Below, piece by piece: positions 15,119 to 29,025 of a DNA stretch of 64,000 nt (positions within the stretch are counted from its first letter, which is position 1; each line of letters opens with the position of its first letter). Under the pieces are notes generated by a model. That model was given only the letters and a program-made list of their open reading frames with translations. It was not told the DNA's origin and searched no databases. The translations under genes and the position numbers were made by a program. The DNA is taken from assembly GCA_951406725.2 (NCBI GenBank), contig OX597820.1, positions 83,514,001 through 83,578,000 of the forward strand, read 5' to 3'. Source of the DNA: Octopus vulgaris. Lineage: Eukaryota.

Positions 15119-17600
15119 CATACACACTCACATAAACACACACACGCACACACAAATGCACACACACGCACGCTCCTACACGCGCACACACACATCTATT
15201 GCTTTTTATTTTGTGTATGTGTATCTATGAGTGTTTGGAGACTGTGAATAAGGAGCAAGTATGGAGTATTTGTCGGTAATGTTTTCTCCTCGTCTTCTAA
15301 TAGTAATTACCTAACTTTGTAGGCTCTTCTCACAGCTGTCTCGTATTCAAAATTTATAGTTATTTAAAAAATGTTCATTCAATAAATAATGTTTTTTGCA
15401 TTACGTGTACATTAATAGCGAATTAAAATTTAAAAGAGAGAGTGAGTGGCTTTGCAAATGCAAATGGAATACTCTGCAGTGAATGCAATGAATATTTAAA
15501 TTTGAGTTGCGAGAAAGTGGAGTTTTTAAAAAAAATCAATAAACTTGAGAAATCGAATTTATAGAAAATTTTTTAGAACATAAATTTATGAAAATATTTC
15601 AAGGCGGTCAACCCATTAATGATTTGTTTCTTTTAGTACTTTTAGTAATCCTTACATGCTTAATTAATAAGAAGCTTTCTCCATTATAGTATAGATATAA
15701 AAATGGAATGTTTAAAAATGCGCTATTATTTAGTTTATCATGAATTTAATACTCTCAAAGCTACAATATACATACTGAAATTAATATTCAATTTATCAGA
15801 TGAAATGGGAGTATATCCTCGCAGAGAATACCATTCTAGCTTCTTCTATTATTAGAAAAAATTCAAAGTCTTAGAGCTGTTTCTTGGATATCCCTCGGTA
15901 TGTAATATTCTGTCATCAGAGACAAATAATGAAAAAAATAAAGAAAAAGAGAATCGTATATATTAATGAGATAGCGACGTAGAAGTGAGAAAACGAATAA
16001 GGAGATGGAAAGAAAGAAGGGAAAAGCATAAAAGTTAATAGTTCAAATTTCCAAAGTTATAGAACCCAGAGTATGAGTCATTTGGTGCAATCTTGCGTAG
16101 ATCCATGAGGGACATCCCAATAAAAAAGAAGCTAATATATCAGCGTTCAATAACAGAACAGTAGTAAAGATGGCTATTAAGTGGTAAAAGGAAAGAAAAG
16201 AAAAGAAATAGGAGAGGTAGATAGAGAGAGGGTGATTTTAAGGATTGGCTATAGGATAAAGTAAGGGGCTTAGGTGTATGGTGTCTAAGAATTGTCTACG
16301 GGGTAGCTGAGAAGATAAGAGGGACGATGTGGAGATAGAAGAAGAAGACAGGGTAAAAAATAGAGCAAATTGAAAAGAATTTAGAAATATGTGGTAGTCT
16401 TAAAGTCTAAAGTTTAGAAATATGTGGTAGTCTTAAAGTCTAAAGTTGCTGGGGACGAAATTTAATAGTAACTGCTTGTGTCCGTTCTGGCTACGGTCAG
16501 TAGCTGTAGAGTTATTTTTAGAAATAGGGTTATGGGTATTTAGGTAGTTGAGAATGGAAGAGCAAGTTGAATGTTAAGTTATTTATGAGTGGGTGTTAAA
16601 GTTAAGGCATTTATATTAGGAGATTTATTGGGTTACGGTTTTAAAATAAATTAAGGATTAATATATATCTCATAGTGTGAAGAGGTAAGGTAGATAGAAG
16701 AGAGGTAAGATATAATGTAGGAATAAGAGTTACAGTAATATAGAAGGTGCATGTATTATGGTCATTGTGGATTGTATGTGGGTCAATGCGAGGAGTGTGA
16801 GATTTCATTTAAATTTATGACAATATAAAAGTGCAGAAGAATTTGTTCACACGTAGTGAGGACCACGCTGTATTAGTTAAGAAATTGTGGTGAGTTGTGT
16901 GTTAAAACTTTGAAAGCATCTTATAAGCAGAGTCCACTACGGGAGTGTTCGCTCTGATATGGGGTACCCGAGTGTATTATAGCCCAAGAAAGTTTATAAT
17001 ATATTTTTTTATTAATTAAATGGTGTACGTGTCTGGTTAGTGATGTGGCGTTGCTTTTCTCTTTTTATTTAAACGAGCTTAAATGTGTATAATATCTTTG
17101 TTTATAAATGGTACTAGATCCTATGTAGTAGCTACAGGAGTTATCTACCATGTTGTGAACTGCCCTTGCAGTTATCTGTTGCATGATGGTTAATTGGAAA
17201 GGGAGATGAGGCAGTGCTGATAGTAGCTAGTGTGGTATTGGGTGGATCGATTGTGATACTGCTGTTATTATTGCTGTCGTTTTTAGTATTGATATCAACG
17301 CCAGCGTAGCGTTAGCATTGTTATTATTATGGTCATTATCATAATCATTATCGGCGTTGCCATTGTAGTTACTATTATCATTTCTATTACTGTAATAGTA
17401 CTGTATACGACTTGAGATATTTTCCTTGCCTTAATGTTTGCTGTTCTCTGTATCAATTGTATATCCGCTGCATCGGAATTCTGCAATGGCGCCATAACTA
17501 CTGTCTCGGCTATAACCTTCGTACCCTATTAATCCGTTGCAGCACTTACCTAGCGTACCTAATAGTTTAGATGACTTGTGAAATAAACCCCCATACTTTG

Positions 17601-17655
<55 letters not shown>

Positions 17656-17656
17656 G

Positions 17657-17727
<71 letters not shown>

Positions 17728-18348
17728 ATAGGATATACATACAGATTGATGGATAGACTGATAGACAGATAGATACATGCATGTAATTACAAATTGTGTT
17801 CATAGAAGATATTAAAGACATACTGTATAACAATTATAATGTGTGATTTGCCATATTTAATTGAATTTTGATCCGATATATAATAACTTATATGCATTAT
17901 ATTTCTCTTCCGCTTTTGCTTTTGATTTCTCTAGTATATTTATCCACTGTTTTGTATTTCATTTGCCTTTCCTTTCCATGTAAAATAACCATTATCGCAG
18001 TGATAATTTCAGATTTTGCAACGTGTTTATATACATGTTTCATTTATATTTCTAGGAGTTATGATTACATAAGCATTTTTTTGACTACCTGCTTTCCTTA
18101 TTCTAATCCTCTCTTGTAGTCTTAAACCTTATATTGCAACAAAGAAGATGATATATTTTAATATGTTCAATTCATATATATTATTCTATTTCCTTACAGG
18201 ATCTTGTGTTTGTAGCATTGTAAACTTGTCTTTGAAGCAACATAATGATGTATTGTCTGGTGATAGAAAATTTTAATTGTAATTAATGTTTTCATAGTTT
18301 CTTAGTACCCTCGTTTCCTACGTGTGTGTGGGGGAGTGTATATATATA

Positions 18349-19514
18349 CAGGATGGGTAAGATATTTGATGACAGATTTATGTTAACTTTATTTATTAAA
18401 AATGCTATGACGATAAAAATGCACCTTTTCTATAATGTTATTCAATAAACAACCTTCAGCTTCAACAACTGTTTCTATGTGAGATCTAAATCATCTACAT
18501 CCTCGAATCAAGTGATCTCTGAGTATGGCAAATTTCAACGAATCATTGCTGTTATGGGTGTGTTCATTGACCTCTTTCTCAACAACGCTCCACATGTAAT
18601 AATTCAATGCAGTGAGATCTGGGGAATTAGAAGGTCAAATGTTAGGGGTTATATGATCAGGAAAATATTCAGCCAACCATTCCTGTGTTACTAGTGCCAT
18701 GTGTAATAGTGCAGAATCTTACTGAAACACATATGACCTTCCATTGCATACATCGTTTAGCTAGGACTTAATTATTTCCAGGACCTCAATGTAAGCGGCA
18801 GATTTAAGACTAAATTCTTGTGGAAAGACGTAAGGAGGTATTACATGTCTTTCATTGCTGACACGCCTAAAACATAATATTTGGAGGACATTTTTATGCA
18901 TAACACTTGAAACTTCAAAAAGGTTTGCACATAACCATTCGTCATTTCTTCTGTTAAATATTTAATGTTCCCCACGTTTGAGAAAAAACAAATCAAATAT
19001 TCGCTGCTGGCTGTTTCAGTTTGTTCAAGAGTCTTTTAGATCTGGTGATTTTCTTTTGCTTTTTCTGACAAATTAACCTTTCCTCTTCATATAAGACTTG
19101 TATCTGATCTCTTCGTGGACAACATTTCGGACTATTCTTTCTCACATAAGTAAATCTTTTACAATTGACCGCATGGAATTTCTCGTATTGTAATCCATGG
19201 TCTGCTGAACTCGCTCGCTAAATTCAGGTGTTCTGATGATTTCAGAGTGCTTAGAATGCTTTTTTATGCTTTGATACTGGTGATATGTTTCTATATTCAT
19301 TCTCTACTTCCTTAAAAACTTTGTAGACGAAAGATCTAGCAACTTTTCAAAGTCGAGATATTTGTAAATCGCTACGCTCAGCCTTTATAACAGCAATAAC
19401 AGCATGCCTCTTCAGTTTTTGAGTAAGCTGATAGTCTGCAATTATTATTTTCTGAAACAAATATTGTACAGTGTCAACAAAAAACGTATGTCCGCAAATG
19501 CCTTGCACACCCTG
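18349..19514 (-). mobile_element. Decayed Tc1/mariner DD37D (maT-type) transposon with TIRs
   Basis: Ends TA-CAGGATGGGTAAG and CTTGCACACCCTG-TA are imperfect TIRs in TA context. The minus strand translates with stops and frameshifts to ...YVFQ*DSALLHMALVTQEWLAEYFPDHITPNI*PSNSPDLTALNYYMWSVVEKEV; 37 residues separate the second D from the third catalytic position, here N. Confidence 0.85.
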
Positions 19515-19619
19515 TATATATATATATGACTCAAATACATATTTTTAACCTTTTAAAACAAACCTTCTGTAGTTTTTTCACTTTTTACTATTTTCTCTCT
19601 CTCTCTCTCTCTCTCTCTC

Positions 19620-19700
<81 letters not shown>

Positions 19701-19746
19701 AGTAGATAGGAAGATAGATAGATAAATACATACATACATACATACA

Positions 19747-19845
<99 letters not shown>

Positions 19846-20826
19846 GTTAAAGATAGATAGATAAATACATACATACATATATACATAAAATATATATATA
19901 TATATATAAAACCTAGAATTATTTTAATAGACCAGTTTTATTTGAAGTATTTATGTGAGAATGTCTTTGTAGATATCCAAAAATGAAACTTTTTTTTAGG
20001 TGAAATCATAATTTAAATATTTTTCATCAGTGCTTAATGTTCCAGTAAATATTTTCTTGAAACTTTAGATTGATTTCTTTAGAAATAACTTACGTGATGG
20101 GCATTCTAATGAGTTATAAAATTTCCTGAATGGCGACAACTCTATGTAAAGGATTAATTATGTACTTTATTACTATGTGGTGCTCTTTATGTTGCAAGCT
20201 GTGCAACGCACAATCTTGCTCTATGGTCTCCAAAAATGGGTTTTAGGATGGAAAGTTGAGAAAACTTGTGTATTATTCTCCAGTGGTAAAACCCGTATTT
20301 TTTAGATCTCTATTAATGTCCATTTTGTTCCTGAGTTATTTTATATCTATCATTTGTCATAATTAAGATTTCCTTTGGATTATATTTTTATTGTCATACC
20401 AATGTAATTATCGACCATGTTCAACATTTCTTTCATTTTTACTTATCAGCAAATGTTTTCTCCACAAATCTGACGCATGTGAGTTCACAAATCTTTGTCC
20501 AGAACAAAGAATCAAGCAGAAGAGGAAACATTCAAATACACATGTACTACCAATCATTTTTATTAATATATGCTCATCATAACATTTACGGGAATTTTAT
20601 TACAATTTCCATGTTTGAGAAGCTACTTTAAATTCTGTTCGTGCATCATTTCCATATTTGGGATCATATCATGCACTTCTGTACGCCTCTTCATGAATGA
20701 ATATGTTTTTATTTAAATATTAAATGAATACTCTATTTTCGTGCAGCGCAAATTTAATCGTTGAGTAAGCCTTATGTTTGCGTTGTTTGAAAATATTTAG
20801 GCATGCACACAAACACACACACACAT

Positions 20827-20862
<36 letters not shown>

Positions 20863-22789
20863 ACACAATCACACACACACACACGTATATATATATATGT
20901 GCACATATATGGGCGGAATATACGTGTCTAATGTACGGAATAAGCGCGTCACACAAAGTTAACACACGATACTTATATCCGTGTAAATGTTGCCTCTATA
21001 AGGATCTCGACTTGTCTTGTGCATTAAGCAGCTCTATTTAAAAAAAGGCTAAGAACGGACGTAAAGGTAACAGCTATTATAGACGGAAGCCATAGAGGAT
21101 GGACTTCTAGCATCGCGCCAATACAATGAACTAATGTAAGTTAAAGATTAAAAGAGTATACACTTTTATACATTTCGTATCCTTCCTTCACTTTAAACAA
21201 TTTTTACTTGCTGCGTGCCGTTTCAGATTGATATAAATAAAATCCAAGTAAATAATCTCTCTTACATCCTCTCTTGTCACATACACTCTGGTTCCGACTT
21301 CCAGTATATACTTGACAAGAATATCAATGAGATTGAAAACAATGAAGCTTATAATAGTTAATGTTCTCTTTTTTATCGGTAGAATGCCTATTGTTGTGAA
21401 TGGGAATAATAATTCGATAATCTAGGTTTTGACATTTCTTGTAAAGTTATGTAGTCACCAAAATATATTAACAGGATTTAAATGGTTATATGCTCAATCA
21501 TTGTGAAATCAAATGATACAATTTCAATGGTTTTAGTCTCTTTTGGATTTTCCGCGTTTAGTTTTTATTGCTGAAAACGATAACAAATGTCCCACGAGAG
21601 AGTAGTTCTCGCTTTTAATATGAAAGTAGTCAGATCAAAACACAGATACGTAGATATACGATTCTTCTTAAAAATAATAATGTACGGAATGGTTAGCATG
21701 TAATTTATTGGTATGCTATTGCTCAACATACCATTATTCTATTTTAGTTATTGGCATTATTCTTTGATATATTTATAATTGTTTATGTGTGTGTTATTTA
21801 ATTTATTAGTAGTATTAAAATTAGTTGTTCATAATGTTATTCATTTGCAAGCTATGAGACGAAATAAAGCCATAATATTTAATCACATCTAAATACTTTT
21901 AACTGGAATTGCCACACTTTGAATTACACATTCTCAGATTCAGTTTTGTAAGATTAAATGAAAAATACATTGCACCTACAGTGGATTATTATGAACATAA
22001 ATAACTTGAAACGTGTAGAATTCCTTGAAAACAATAACAATTGTATGGTGAAATGAAAAGTTAACATTTCTGATATTGTACCCAAGAAAATATTAGCATC
22101 AATAGAATCAAGTGAATAGTCTACGCCGGAGAAATTTCTGCCCAAGAACTATTGGTAACTTTCTGAAATCTCTAGCTTGGCAACGCTATTGCTAAGGGCA
22201 GCGATGGCAGAAATTACCGATTCAAAACAAATTCCAGGCACGGAAGAACCGTTAGTTGGGTCTCTCTTTGATGCAGACAGAGCCAGAGCAACGGAAAAGT
22301 TTTACAAGTATATAGCCCGAGTATTACTTAAGGATGTGTATTTGCCAAACATCTGTTGTCACGGATATTACGGATCTGTCCATCAATGGAATGAAGCATA
22401 GGGCCTGAAACAAAGTGTTTAACTTTGAACCTGATATTCGCGGTCAGGGAAATCAACGTTTATTGTAGTTTAATTGACTGGCCCTGCGAAATTATCCCTC
22501 GTATTGCGGGAAATTTTTGAAGTCAATATTTGTTGTTTACGCCATCGATTTACACACAAAGTATGTAAGAGCTTCATTATGCATCTTCGTCAGTTGGTAT
22601 TAACCTCGATTTCTTTCAGCCATTGAGACTAATAAATATGATGATCATCATCATGATCATCATAATCATCATCACCTTCATTATCCTCATCAAAATCGTC
22701 AACATCGTCATTATCATCATCATTATTATTATCATTAAGGCGGCTCTCGTTTTTATTGTGTATAGTTACTGCCGTTGCTAAATTTTCTT

Positions 22790-22950
22790 TGAATATTGTA
22801 ATTAACACGCCAGAAAAATGAACTGCGGCATTTTGACCGTGTCTGCGTTCTGAGCTCAAATTCCGTCTAAGACGATTTTACCTTTCATCCTTTCAGTTTC
22901 GATGAAATACGTACCAGCTAAGTAATGGGATCAAGCCGGTCGATTCCAAA
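22790..22950 (+). mobile_element. Diverged SINE family B fragment
   Basis: gcgttctgagctcaaattccg...ttacctttcatcctttcag.ttcgatgaaatacgtaccag matches the family B core. Confidence 0.65.
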
Positions 22951-23399
22951 TCATTGGAGTCTCGATGAGGCTGTACGTGGAATAAAAACATGGGCTTGGT
23001 TGAATAAAAACGCAACTGAGAAACTTACTATAGGAGATCAAGATTTGCGTGCCATACCAAATGTACGACCTATACAGTTCTCATATTCTAATTTCTCCTA
23101 ATTTCAAGTTTCAATTTATTGTCATTAAATAAACATGTTTCGGCTTCCCACCCCTGGTATCAAACAGACGTTACGATTGAATTAGTAACTAAAATCGTTT
23201 TTCCTGGTCTATTATTGCTATATCTGGCTTATTATTTTATGTATTCGTATCAGTTTTAATTCGAAAATCGCTAAAAATCTTGCATTTCTCTGACTCAAGC
23301 ACACTTTTAACACTAAAATTATACCAAATTCATCCGAACGACGCTTCTGATAGCTTGCTCCGAGGTATACTTACTGCTCCCTTACGTTTCTGACAAAGC

Positions 23400-24000
23400 T
23401 TTCACAACTGTCAGGACATAGTAATGCCTCCTTTTCTTATATTCTCCCAATCCAACTTTGCACATTGTGCGACAATGTATGCCCTTATTTCTATAATTCC
23501 ACATACTCTACATTTTGCGGTCATCCTCTCCCCATACACATATTTTCCCAAGAGGTTTGTTTGTAGCCCTTCATCTGCTTTAATAAGGTTCTCAATCGCC
23601 ATTTTGTTCAACCAAGCCCCTGTTTTTATTCTGCGTACATCCTCAGTGTCTCTCTAAAACTTATGTAAAGGATTCTCATCCATCCCTTGAACATGTTCAC
23701 TTTTGATTTCATTCTTGGTCTTTTCACCTGAAGCACACTTGATCACATGTTCATCATTTACTGAGTTTAGTAATTTCTTCGTGCTATTCTGTAAGTATTC
23801 TGGTAGGTTTTTTTCTTTTCATCTGTACACACTTTCCCAGAGCAATTGCACATCTCCGCCACCAGGTATCCCTTCACGTATAACGGGTTAATATAAGCTT
23901 TTCGGATGGTGAAATCTATACCTAATCAACAGCTTTCTAATTTTTTAAGGACAAGTTTCTGTATTTTGCTTCTTATCCAATACGCAATTGAAGGTTGTTA
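23400..24000 (-). mobile_element. Decayed RLE-clade (R4/Dong-like) LINE, C-terminal region
   Basis: Minus-strand fragments GLQTN...KCRVCGIIEIRAYIVAQCAKL then YKKRRHYYV (shifted frame) resemble the CCHC knuckle plus RHD motif that precedes the restriction-like endonuclease. Confidence 0.6.
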
Positions 24001-24469
24001 TCTGATAATCGGCAGCTGATGCAGTTAATGCTTCAATGACATTTTTTGAATTCGAGCTTGAGTATAAACCCGTACTTGTAATAAGGTTCCTCTCTTCCCT
24101 TTTTATTTTTCTCCAGCAATCGCAAATACATATGACATTTTCCCTTCTTAACTGTTTTCATTATTTTGCCATTTGATATTTCAATTCCCTGTTTTCCTTC
24201 ACAACTTTCCCGTTTCAATATCAGTGTAATAAACTTTTCTATCCCGAACTCCGTACCTACATCATTGTGAGAAAATGTGAGCTGTATATATTATATAAGA
24301 CTTTCAGGCTGCTCCTCGATTTAAATACAATGCTTCATTTCGCTCATGAAATGCAAATAATTTACCCGAGCATAACATTTGCCCAACTTACAACGTCTTT
24401 TGACTGCCCGTTAGGGGGAATTAAGAAGTGTCATGGGCAGTACAAAAGCAATACAAATACACGATATAA

Positions 24470-24538
<69 letters not shown>

Positions 24539-24568
24539 GTTATTATTATTATTATAATTATTATAATA

Positions 24569-24656
<88 letters not shown>
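24470..24656. repeat. (TTA)n tract followed by (CTA)n
   Basis: Direct reading. Confidence 0.95.
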
Positions 24657-24657
<1 letters not shown>

Positions 24658-24789
24658 AACTACTAATACTGCTGCTGTTACTACTACGACTACTACTACT
24701 ACTACTACTACTATGAATATTATTCTTATGCGCACAGAAGATTTGATAATTTGAAATGGAAAATTCCTAACACCGGGCAACATCAATTA

Positions 24790-24965
24790 AACTCAGAGCA
24801 GTTCCCATGAGCACTATCTTTTGAATTTCTGCCATTTTGGGGTTTCCTGGTATCTGAGTTAGGTAGCGATCAGCCCCTTTTGCTATCATTCCCAGGGCAC
24901 CTATGACAACAGGTATTGTTTTAGTCTTCAGGTTCCACATTTTGCTGATTTCTATTTCAAGATCT
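24790..24965 (-). mobile_element. 3' ORF-end fragment of an RLE-clade LINE
   Basis: Minus strand KDLEIEISKMWNLKTKTIPVVIGALGMIAKGADRYLTQIPGNPKMAEIQKIVLMGTA, a typical RLE C-terminus (IPVVIGALG). Confidence 0.7.
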
Positions 24966-24990
24966 TTATCATTATTTTTCTTTATTATTT

Positions 24991-25077
24991 TTCTTCTTCT
25001 TCTTCTTCTTCTTCTTCTTCTTCTTCTTCTTCTTCTTCTTCTTCTTCTTCTTCTTCTTCTTCTTCTTCTTCTTCTTC
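24991..25077. repeat. Perfect (TTC)n tract, about 29 units
   Basis: Direct reading; lies between two RLE-LINE fragments. Confidence 0.95.
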
Positions 25078-25345
25078 AGCACTTTGTGCCCAATAATACT
25101 GCTTTTGCACGACATCAATCTTGCATGGGTTTTCCAGTTACCTAAAATAAGTCTTGAAGTTTCAATGGGATTAAGCCCAGCGCCCCAATCACCGCTGGTA
25201 TTACTTTTACATTATCCTCTCACATCCCATACAGGCTTGCCATTTCCACTTTGAATTCAGAGTACTTGATGATAGTTTCAACCTCTTTACTCACAAAATT
25301 CATGTTATTTGGTATGGTTACATGAATGATCTGACAGAATTTGTC
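25078..25345 (-). mobile_element. Second, divergent RLE-clade LINE 3' fragment
   Basis: Minus strand CQIIHVTIPNNMNFVSKEVETIIKYSEFKVEMASLYGM*EDNVKVIPAVIGALGLIP, running into (GAA)n. Confidence 0.65.
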
Positions 25346-26462
25346 TCTGCTAGAAGTGCGTGCGACAGAGAGATAATGGGGACAGAAAATGAAAACACAA
25401 TGTGTAAGAATAACGACAGAATTTATAGGCTGAAATGAAAAGTTTTATAGCTGAGCCTGGATATTGCGTGTAATATATATTTGTGTAACGAAACGAACGA
25501 AATCAACTTTCAAAGAGAATGACACGGCAAGGGTTGTGAAAGAAGCGCGCGCGTGTGTGCGTGTGTGTGTGTGGTATATGTGCGCGCGTGTGCGCGCGTG
25601 TGCGTACATGCGCAAGTGCGTGCGACAGAGAGATAATGGGGACAGAGAGAAAACCGATGGTAAGAGGACATTAAAAAAATGAGATCAATTTATTGCCTAA
25701 CAATGTAAGTTAACCTATTTTTAATGAAATCAATCCAGTATAGGCAGTAAAGAGAGAAAGTTTGGGAGAGAGGAAGAGGGAGTGAGCGGTGCACGGTAAG
25801 AAAATAATTGTGTTTTTAGAAAGAACAGAATGTTTCTAATGGAATGACACAGCACGTGGTTTGAACGGGGCGGGTGTGATAAAAAAGAAATGGCTGAAGA
25901 GGGAAAGAAGAAATCAAAAAAAAAAAAAAACGAAAACGCCAATATATATATTTATTTGACAATAAAGGTGATACACAGAGTATAACAAAATTTACATATA
26001 CTCTCTATATGCCTGAAAAAGGTCTTTGTAATGAGTAACTTTTAACGAAAACATTTAAACATAACAATAGAAGGAAAGAGAGTGAGGGAGAGAGCGAGAG
26101 GGTGATGAAGAGGGAGAGAGAGAAGGAGAGAAAGAGAGAGTCGTATGGCGCGCGGAAAATAAATTTATTTTATGGCTGATGGTAGCGAATAAAAAAAATA
26201 TTGTTCATCGAAACATCTACTTCACTGTTCAATGATAAAATGCTTGGGAGGATATTTGGGTTTTCAGAATTTTTAACAATTTTATAGAAAACAGAAACGT
26301 TAATAGCTGCTTTTAGGAAATGCTACGTAACTCTAATTCCTTAATAAGCAACTATTCTCATTATTGCATAGATTTAGAACACATAACACGAGGTAGGTTT
26401 CTGTGAGGAGACTACGAAAATTAAAGTTGCATGGGTACGATTGAAAATTATTAATAATACAC

Positions 26463-26870
26463 GCGCAGGAGTGGCTGTGTGGTAAGTAGCTTGCTAACCA
26501 ACCACATGGTTCTGGGTTCAATCCCACTGCGTGGCATCTTGGGCAAGTGTCTTCTGCTACAGCCTCGGGCCGACCAATGCCTTATGAGTGGATTTGGTAG
26601 ACGGAAACTGAAAGAAGCCTGTCGTATATATGTATATATATATATGTGTGTGCGTGTTTGTATGTCTGTGTTTGTCCCCCTAGTATTGCTTGACAACCGA
26701 TGTTGGTGTGTTTACGTCCCCGTCACTTAGCGGTTCGGCAAAAAGACCGATAGAATAAGTACTGGGCTTACAAAGAATAAGTTCCGGGGTCGGTTTGCTC
26801 GACTAAAGGCGGTGCTCCAGCATGGCCGCTGTCAAATGACTGAAACAAGTAAAATAATAAAAGAATAAAG
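26463..26870 (+). mobile_element. Full-length SINE family C (tRNA head, internal (TA)/(TG) tract, AAAGAATA-type tail)
   Basis: ggagtggctgtgtggtaag A-box region, ggttcaatcc B-box, conserved body; closely similar to 62281-62722 and to 32983-33611 (minus). Confidence 0.9.
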
Positions 26871-27446
26871 AACACACGCACACACACACATACACACTCT
26901 AACACACACTTCGTGATTAGTCCTTCTTCACAGATGATTGTATTTTCTTATGCCCTCCCCGTTGTCATTAATATTTCTGCTTTTCTGCTCAAGACCTCTC
27001 TGATGTCTCTCCAGTTTCTCTGCAAATCTGCTTGGTTATGAAGATTAGGTGACGGACGAAAGATGTAGCTTTTACTAATTCGGTGTGATAGGCAATGTTT
27101 TACGTATCTTTTCTAGGACCTTCAACGAATTTGGGTGATCAGTATAAATAACTTCCTGTCTACGAGATTTTCCATGGATCTGGTACCTGTCACAGGAAGA
27201 CAATATCAGTTTTAGATTCATGCCACATATCTGCAGATTTAGGCCTGCGTAATTCACCATCTTCCCTCGCTGTTGTGCTTTTAGTAGATAGAAGAACAAA
27301 TAGTTCTGTACGTCACCGTGTTTAGTGACTAGTTACATAGCGAAGCGAGATTAAGAGCAATCAAGTTAGACAGTAGGTTTTATATGACAGTTTCCCCACC
27401 AAGAGGGATAATACACTTTGACGACATGCACTGCTCTCTCACTCAA

Positions 27447-27545
<99 letters not shown>

Positions 27546-27665
27546 GTTCTTTTATGACATTCTGTTGGTCAAGGTTAACGTTAGATGTTTCTGTCATTTT
27601 TCCTTGAGGTCTCTGGGTGAGACTTGGAGCCAACTTGTACAAATATAAAGCAAAAGTCAAACATA

Positions 27666-27746
<81 letters not shown>

Positions 27747-27830
27747 TATTAGTAATAATAATAATAATAATAATAATTATTATTATTATTATCATAATTA
27801 TAATTATAACTAGAAGTGGAAGAAGAAGAA

Positions 27831-27916
<86 letters not shown>

Positions 27917-28594
27917 AGAGATTATACATCCGGGATGGTACCTAACGAACGGTGTGTAAAATTCGGACTTGGCTGACCACACTGAACATTTAGTATCGCT
28001 TAGGATAAACAATTAATTTGCGTTAAATTTCACTAGAAAACCCTGAGTTCGAGTCAAAGGATTTTACGTAGAATACAGAGTATATTATCAAAATATAATC
28101 GTGAAAAATGGACAATTACACTTTTTATTTATTAAAAATCATTTTCTTCGTATAACGTTTTCACCCGTCTTTCTGCTGAAGTGTACTTTGATATAATGGT
28201 TTTGTACACGTAATTGATTTACATTAAATCAATTGTATTACACCTGGTAATACATATTTTGACAATCGTATACACCTTCATTCAAAGTGTGCCCTATAAG
28301 GGTGGGTGAGGTAAGTCAAACGTACTTGTATTAAAGAATATAAGCTAGATATAAAAGATAAGGACAAAAATCAGTGGAGGTGGTAGTGAATTTATACGTC
28401 ATTAGCTCTATTTACTCTTAATCTCAAAGTAACCTGTTTCGGCATTAAGGAGGCTGATCAAATTTTGTGCTTTATAGTAGAAGGAACCATAAATAGTTCA
28501 GAATGAAGTAGTATCACTGACGGCTCATATCACAAAATATAATAGAAAGTAGATTGTTAGATTTAAAAAGCTGAAGTCGGGGAATCTAACATTG

Positions 28595-29025
28595 TGGATC
28601 TTTTCGGTTTGACCGACAGTTTTTAAGATAATTTCCACGTAACGAAACACTTTTAAAGTTCGTATACTGGTAGAATGTGTTTATAAAGCATCTTATTCCC
28701 TTGGTTTTATTGAGAAAATTCTATAGTTTGTAAGATATTTGGGTTTTTTTTCTTCAATTTCTGCAATTTCAACCAATCAATAACGTCTATTGAGGTGAAA
28801 ACATTGTGCCGCATGAATATGTCCCTCGTTTAAGAAACAGATTGGGTTTATTTACATTTCTGAAGAAAAAAATATACCCTTTCTCCACCCCTAACCCTAA
28901 CTAACCCTAACTCTAACCCTAACCCTAAAACACATTGAAGTACAATAGATCGATACTAGGTCATAATTATCGGTGACAATTTCATATGACACCGCTAGAA
29001 CTGCCGTTCAAACCGAAAATATCCA
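28595..29025. mobile_element. MITE-like element with 28-bp TIRs and internal telomere-type repeats
   Basis: Left TGGATCTTTTCGGTTTGACCGACAGTTT versus reverse complement of right TGGATATTTTCGGTTTGAACGGCAGTTC; (CCCTAA)n at 28889-28928; no ORF. Confidence 0.75.

Noticed and set aside
22177-22401. 74-aa ORF with ordinary composition and a possible upstream acceptor
   Set aside because: It is isolated, with stops immediately upstream, no recognisable homology and no partner exons.
28430-28465. Minus-strand TTGATCA...CCGAAACAGGT as another hammerhead
   Set aside because: Positions 3 and 8 (U, C) cannot pair and helix II does not form.
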